Below, one piece after another: positions 17,951 through 24,692 of a stretch of 24,692 nucleotides of DNA. Position 1 is the first letter of the stretch. Every line of letters starts with the position of its first letter. Under the pieces are notes generated by a model that was not told the origin of the DNA, made no database searches, and was given only the letters and a program-made list of their open reading frames with translations. Source of the stretch: Lama guanicoe (Eukaryota); NCBI GenBank assembly GCA_013239625.1, contig MU054037.1:560001-584692 (forward strand), read 5' to 3'. Made by a program: the position numbers and the translations under genes.

Positions 17951-18214
17951 CAAAATAGATAGTAGCACATTTCATACACACACATTAAAAATGCATACAT
18001 TTTAAAATGTTTTTCACATTCAAATTTTTTAAAATACAAAACTGGGAGAAAATTCCATCCTCTAATTCTGTCAGATAAAAGATGTATAATTTTGTTTTAA
18101 AAATTATTCCCTTCTATATTTTAAAATAAGTAATATGTGAGATTGTTAAGATACTGTAAGAGATACATTTTCAACAAATGTTTCTCCAGCCCTAGGATAG
18201 TCAAAAAGAAAAAC

Positions 18215-18375
18215 AGCGTGACCAGTACTCCATAGCAAAATACAAATTAACCTGAAGTGGATCATTGTTTCGAATCTAAGGACTAAAATAATAAAACTTC
18301 TCGAAAAGGATAAAGGTAAATCTTTGGGACTTTGTGTTAGCAGATGTTCTTTAGATAGGACACAAAAGCACAAAT
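18215..18375 (+). mobile_element. LINE-1 ORF2 fragment
   Basis: aaaatacaaattaacctgaagtggatca...aaaataataaaacttctcgaa...gatgttctttagataggacacaaaagcac is L1 ORF2-like. Confidence 0.6.
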
Positions 18376-18422
18376 CAGCCTCACCTCATTGTAGAAAGTT
18401 GTTTTGGACAGGAATGTCACAG

Positions 18423-18772
18423 CAGGGGCTGGCAAACAACAGCTTCTGTGGAAATCCACACTGCCACCTTTTTTGTAAAGCCTATGATCTAAGAATGTTT
18501 AAAATGGAAAAAATAAATAGGAATGGTATATTATGACATGAAAATTATATGAAATAGACATTTCAGTCTGGGAGTTGATTTTTAAATTCTGAACGACTGT
18601 GTTTTTTAAGCTAGGACCAGTTGGAACATAACCACCTTCATTGGTTCGCATGTACTCGTGACTGCTTTTGTGTTACAATTCAGAGTTGAGATGTAATGAC
18701 AGGGACTCCATGCATGGCTCTTAATGCTTAATATGTTTATTCTCTGTCCAAAAACAGTTTGTCTGTCCAACC
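18423..18772 (+). mobile_element. MER58-like hAT DNA transposon remnant
   Basis: Starts with the terminal motif caggggctggcaaac; internal ttggaacataaccacc and ctgcttttgtgttaca...cagagttgag; decayed right end aacagtttgtc. Confidence 0.7.
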
Positions 18773-19799
18773 ATTATCTCCAGTTAGCTCGATGGCTCCA
18801 TCCTGTGGTAGAAGAAATCATTTCTTTGATTAGTAAGAGGGTAGCATTAGTCCCCAGTATTGCTTATTTCTATACTGGGCTGTCCTATGCAGAAGGAAGT
18901 GGGTCATCCCCTCAGATGGGGTCTCTAGACTCAGAGAGCAACAGGGACAATATGAGCCATTTGGAAGAAGGAGGAATGGTGGTGTGAGCAGATGCAATGT
19001 TCCCCTCAAGTAGGTCCCCAAATCTGATGTAGAGAATGGGATAGATGGGCAGTCCCTGTATGATTCCTCAGTCGATTTTCCGTTTCGTTAGTAATAAGAG
19101 GAGAAACAAGTGTGGTTAATTATTGCTGTGAGGTTCTATATTAAAAAGAGAAAAATCTTCTCCTGCTTGTGTCCTTTGGTGAAAAAGGAGTGGGCTTGAA
19201 GTCTTAACCTGTACCAAATCCGTGATCATCAGGGCAAGCCCCACTTCCTCTTAGTAAAGTCTTTATTGCATCTTCTCCACATGAGGGCAGTAGTAATTAC
19301 AGCCTTAGCAATCTCTTTTCTCCCCATGAAGATATAATTTTTAGTTACATTATTTCTGATATTTTTGGTAATAATCCTGTCTTCAACTGGAATAGTGTAG
19401 CTGAGAGCGTAACAACTAGCAGGTCTGAATAAATACAGAAACTTTCCATGAAAGGCATTGGAAATGTGCTTAAACAGAAAGTTTTCTCAAGATTCCAGAG
19501 ATGGGAAAATTTCAGGGAGGTAAATGAATGGCTGCGATTAATTTTAGACTGGGTTCATGTCCAAATCATAATCAGGGCAAGAGGTATTACATAATTCTGA
19601 CTTCCTGGTGGGAAAGGGATGGACCCTTTCTGGAAGAAGACAAACATCATCTGCAGCTCTGCATTTGTTCGAATATAATGGTTGATATTTAACCAAAATT
19701 TATTAGGCATTTCAAAGATAACTAAGTGACCACAGGGAGAACAACAGTGCAGGGGAAGACAGTGAAAACAGACTTACTTTCTGGAACATTTCTCACCTA

Positions 19800-20840
19800 A
19801 TTTTATAAGGGCAGCATTACCTTGATATGATGAACCTGACAAAAATTTTGAGAAGAAATTTGTAGACCCAAAATCCCGATGAATATAAAGAGAGAAGTCC
19901 TGAGCCAAATGTAGCATATCAAATGCAGTTCTGTATTATACTTAAAATAGGCGTATTTAGTGGCGAAAATAAGGCCATTATATATACCATACCTGTAGAC
20001 GCAGGGAATCAGTTTGATAAATTTGTACACACATTCATGAAATAACATCATATCAAAATAAGAGGCACACTTTCCAAATCTGATTGAGTATAGCTACCAA
20101 AATGTTCTTAAAAACATCACACTCAAAGTGAGGTGTTAAATCTTCAAATCCTCCTGATAATATGAAATGAAAGAAGGATATTCACAGTCATGGGAATCCA
20201 TTCAGTATTATCGGGGGATGTCTAGGAGTACATAATGCAAGAAAGAAAAACAAAACTTGGAAAATAATAAATAAAGCAAATGTTGACCGTATGTACAGGA
20301 TAATGTACATAGAAATACCAAATCAATCTCTGGAAAAAATATTACTGATGATTATTAATTTAACAAGGTTGCTACACATATCACCCCATTTATCAAATCG
20401 TTTATACTTCCATATACAAGATATAAAAAATGGAAGCGGCATTTAACATTTTTATAATACGAAAAATGATATAACTTAGGAAAACCTGGCAAGAGTTTTG
20501 CAAGCCATTGGAGTGAGAAGGGAAATTACTGAGAAAATTAAAGAGAGCCTCCTACCCGCCCCATAATTAGGAGAATATACTATATCTATGAATTGAAAGA
20601 TTCAATATGTCAAGATGTCAGTTCTTTCCAAATTGATCTGTAGATGTCATGTCATCCTGATAAAAATCCTAGCAGAGTGTTTTGGGAACTTGACAAAATG
20701 ATACTCATATTCATTGGAAACATACACAGGTAATGAGAGCCAATATTAAAGAAGCAGAACACATTTGAAAGACAGTGCTGGCTATGAAAAGCATTATATG
20801 TTATTAAGCCCTATAGCTCAAACAGAAAGCAATGGAAATT
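19800..20840 (+). mobile_element. Ancient LINE-1 ORF2 fragments within pseudogene intron 7
   Basis: cagcattaccttgata...aacctgacaaa and ttgaaagattcaatattgtcaagatgtcagttctttccaaattgatctgtagat are L1 ORF2-derived. Confidence 0.7.
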
Positions 20841-20966
20841 CCAGCAATTTGCCCCGTGTATGATTTTTGCATTTCTTTCATCTTGTGTTGATAGAGGATT
20901 GAAACCATACTGTGAAAATGGGAACTTTAAGAGCACTGAGTTCAGTTTAAGAGAAACAGATCTTAC

Positions 20967-21152
20967 CTTGGAAGTGTGTTAGTTTCTGAATTTAATGTGT
21001 CAGGTCACTCCACAGGACAGGTTGGTGGGGAGGAGGTCATGTATCTCTGGGCTCATGGACCATTGCATCCACGTAAGACAAGCAGCTCCTGTCCTGTGTG
21101 CAGGGGCTCCAGTGTTTGCCACCCACACAGTCAGTCTCTTCCTAGACTTGGG
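20967..21152 (-). pseudogene. CYP2C: CYP2C pseudo-exon 7 ([57 protein letters not shown])
   Basis: Acceptor cgtattag| and donor AAG|gtaaga; 186 bp versus 188 (two 1-bp deletions); three in-frame stops. Confidence 0.92.
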
Positions 21153-21780
21153 CTAATACGCAAGTAACAGCAGCTGGAAATGGTGAAAAGGTCACATTTG
21201 CCACAGCTGTTCAGAGAATATATGAAAAATTAGGAAGGTGTCCCAAATTAATTATAAATGAAAGTTGTATGCCGAGAAGTACAACAAGGGATATAGAGAG
21301 ACTGCCGTAGTATAGTTACCTGTGTCTCTCTTACAGGCTAGGCATTAAGATACATCTGTACATATGTATATATTTGCATACAAAATAATTAATGCAAATA
21401 GAAATTGGGAATGTCTGAAAATATAAACAGAATGTAATAAAATCAAGAAATTACTATCCTTGCAGAAAGAAAAGCAAATCAAATATTAATCTTATACTAA
21501 AATAATTTATGGATTTAAATTCTAATGGGAGTATATGTGTGTTTTTATATGTTTGTGCGTGTGTGTTGCGCACACGACTTCCAGTGGTACACTCTTCATC
21601 TTCCAGTTCCTCAAAGGAGCACAATGTGGTCACTTTGAACATTCTAGTAGTTTCTTCTGAAACTTATGTTCATTTTTCTAAAGAATGACTTTCTGTTTCT
21701 ATATCTTACTTCTCCATTAAAGACAGTATCTAGTATAGGAGTTGAAGATTTACATCTCCATCTGTAACTCCTACTAAATA

Positions 21781-21811
21781 GACACAGACACACAGACACA
21801 CACACACACAC
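21781..21811 (+). repeat. (CA)n/(GACA) microsatellite
   Basis: gacacagacacacagacacacacacacacac read directly. Confidence 0.85.
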
Positions 21812-23244
21812 TTCCCTTCCATTTTCCTCAGTACATTTACAACAGTTTTTGCTTCTATCATAGACATTTGTAATCAATCTTACTGCATACATATTGTTTC
21901 CTGGTAAGACAGCTATGATTATGTTTCATTGTTGGTACTTTCTTGGATTTAATTATATGTCTCTTTAGTTCAATTTGTAATTTACTATATCTTGTTTCAA
22001 ATTATTTCCTAAAACTCAGGCAGATGTTTAAAAGTACTACTCATAGTAATTACCCTGTTGTTCAGAAACCTGAGATGATTAACATTTCTCATTTGTTCTT
22101 GGTGTCTCCCATGTCATGTTCTTCATAAACCACGCCCACTTTGAAATGAATGCTTTCTAGGCCAGGTGCCCAGAACCCTCCCTGATACTCCCCTTCTTCT
22201 ACCTGGGGTCTCCAAGGCTGGACACCATGAGTACCTCTGACTTGGTTTCAGATTTGGATGAGAAAGGGAAAATTGGGTGAAATTTTTTCCCAAAGCACTG
22301 CTTCTGAAAACACATCTCTTTTTTTTTTAAATCAATACACAAGATGATGGTTGTCATTGAGAATTCTGATGCTGTTCTGAATCCTAATCCTTATATATGA
22401 CCTGACTTCTCTCTCAGAAAGCTTTATGATTTTCTCTTTAATCCTGATGTTTTAAGATTCCATGACCCTGAATCTTGGGGTGCTGTTTTTACTCTACTTA
22501 CTCTGCTGGACATATGTAAAGTATTTTCTGTCTACATGGCCAAACATGGAGGTATCTTCTCTAAAGCTGGTAATTCTCCAGAGGATAATCTGGCTGCTGA
22601 ATTTCATGCAGCAGGAGGGAGAAAGGAGTTAAGAGTGTCAGAATTCAACAAGTGGACTCTTACTGAACCTTCCTTTTCAGCCCTGCCCCTCACTCTTCCC
22701 CTGTCACTGTCCAGTGTCCCTAAGTGTATGAGCTTTTAGGTCTAGTTTCTGTGGAGAGTAAACCTCTCTCTTCCTGAGGGGAAAATGAGTTGCCTGATAA
22801 AAGGAATCTGGAGGAGACCTAGGCAAAGACAGCTTCCTTTCCCAACCTCATTCTTCTCTACTTTCTTTGACATTTGATGTTTCCAAAGAAGCCTGTGGGG
22901 ATGGTAGGGACAAAATTGACTTTTGCCCATTATATATCTTCCTCTTCCAATATTTTGGTCATTGACTCCTCTCTGCTGAGCTGTTTATCACCCTTCAGTC
23001 TTCTCTCTCTGCTTCAGAAATTTCTTGAGGCTTTGGTGAATGTTTCTTGTACGCCTCTTCTTCACCTGTAAAGGACAAACTCTCATTTGTAATTAAGGTT
23101 ATAGCCATTTCAGGGAGATCCTGACCCAGGACAAGATTATTTATATTTCCAAAGTGCTATGCCCATCCCCAATCTCCTGAAAGGTAAATTTCTAAAATAA
23201 AGTTGTTCCTAAAATGTAAAATTATTGACACTCCCCCAATTCTT

Positions 23245-24692
23245 TTGTTTTTTAGATTGAACTATAGTTGACTTACCATATTATATTAGTTTCAGGTGTA
23301 CAACATAGTGATTTGACGTTTTAATGGATTATACTCTGTATAAAGTAGTCACAAAATTTTGGCTGTATTCTATGTGTTAGCTATATTCCATATTGCGTGT
23401 GTTGTACATGACATTCTTATATCTTATTGATTTTAGACTTAGTAGTTTGTACCTCTTAATGCCCTTCCCCTATCTTACCCCTCCCTCTACTTCTTCCCCA
23501 CTGGTAATCACTAGTTTATTTTCTGTATTTCTGAGTCTATTTCTGTAGTGTTCATTTGTTCAGTTTTTGATTCCACATATTAAGTGAAAATATACAGTAT
23601 TTGTCTTTCTCTATATGACTTATTTCACTAAGCATAATAGCCTTCAGGATCATCTGTGTTTTTGGAAATGATAAAATTTCATTCCTTTTTATGACTGAGT
23701 AAAATGCCATTGTATATATGATGTTACCTGTGAGTTTGTCATAAATGACCTCTATTATGTTGAAGTATGTTCCCTGTATACCAGCTTTGTTGAGTTTGTT
23801 GTCATGAATGAATATTGAATTTTGTCAGATGCTTTTTCTGCATCTATTAAGATGATCATGTGATTTTCATCCTTAGGTTTGTTAATGTAGTGTATCACAT
23901 TGATTGATTTGCCAATATTGAACCACCTTTGCCTTCCTCAGATGAATCCCACTAGGTCATGGTGTATGATCATTTTTAGGGATTGTTGAATTCAGTTTGC
24001 TAATATTTTGTTGAAGGCTTTTGTGTCTATGTTCATTGAGGATATTCACCTGTCATTTTCTTTCTTGGTACTGTCTTTGGTTTTGGTATCAAAGTAGTGG
24101 TGGCCTCATACAATGAGTTTGGGGGTACTCCCTTCTATTCAGCTTTTTTGGAATAGTTTGAGAAAGATATGTATTAAGCCTTTTTTAAATGTTTGGTAAA
24201 ACTCCCCCGTGAAGCCATCCTGTCTTAGACTTTTGTTTGTTGGCAATTTGTTGATCTCTAATTCAATTTCAATACTAGTAATTGGTCGGTTCAGATTATC
24301 TATTTCTTCTTGTTTCAACCTTGGAAGATCGCATTTCTTCTAGGTTGTCCAATTTGTTGGTGTAAAACTGTTCATTCTATTCTATTAAAAGTCTTTGTAT
24401 ACATTCTGTGATAACGGTTGTAACTTCTCAGTCATTTCTACTTTTGTTTATTTGGTCCTCTCTCTCTTTCTCAATGAGTTTGGCTAAAGTTTTATCAATT
24501 TTCTTTATCTTATCAAAAATCCCAACTCCTGGTTTCATTGATGTTTTCTGCCATTCTTTTGCTCTCTATTTTATTTACTTCCACTCTGATCTATGTTAAT
24601 TCCTTCTTTATGCTGACTCTGGGCTTTGTTTGTTTTTAATTGTTTTTCATGGTGCCATTGTTCAGTATTGCATGATTCACCCTCATTAGTGA
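23245..24692 (-). mobile_element. LINE-1 on the - strand: 3'UTR (about 23245-23720) joined to ORF2 RT-region sequence (about 23721 to the window end)
   Basis: T-rich tail, then attagtttcaggtgtacaacatagtgat (antisense L1 3' end); cagatgctttttctgcatctattaagatgatcatgtgattt is antisense ORF2 ([15 protein letters not shown]). Confidence 0.92.

Larger units (their letters stand above)
14821..21152 (-). pseudogene. CYP2C: Unprocessed CYP2C pseudogene fragment (exons 7, 8 and 9 with introns), convergent with the intact gene
   Basis: Three exon remnants in the correct order and orientation, with splice-site remnants, stops and indels. Confidence 0.88.

Noticed and set aside
19185..19300. Weak similarity to CYP2C exon 2 on the - strand (gccctgatgatcacgga)
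   Set aside because: Better explained as a degraded MIR on +, and out of order relative to pseudo-exons 7 and 8.
21300..21345. Possible pseudo-exon 6 donor on the - strand (GAGACACAG|gtaac)
   Set aside because: Only the last few bases resemble the exon 6 end; no AGTETT-like coding sequence adjoins it.

Overview
Mammalian genomic DNA from a cytochrome P450 CYP2C cluster; probably laurasiatherian, since no Alu, B1, Bov-tA or PRE1 SINEs were recognised. The + strand carries the intact 3' half (exons 5-9, 526-7224) of a CYP2C gene most like dog CYP2C21, whose intron 8 has a non-canonical GC donor. Downstream lie a 5'-truncated LINE-1 (about 8733-11000) and an old L1 5'UTR fragment. Next is an MLT1-type LTR split by a ~1.5 kb ZFAND3 retrocopy. 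This copy is unusual: it keeps a CpG-island-like leader with GC boxes and runs from spliced exons into apparent intron sequence. On the - strand, convergent with the gene, are decayed exons 7, 8 and 9 of an unprocessed CYP2C pseudogene from a different paralog lineage. The rest is old L1, L2, MIR, LTR and MER58 repeats. I see no evidence for a new biological system. Repeat subfamily names and orthology calls come from recalled consensus sequences, not from a search.
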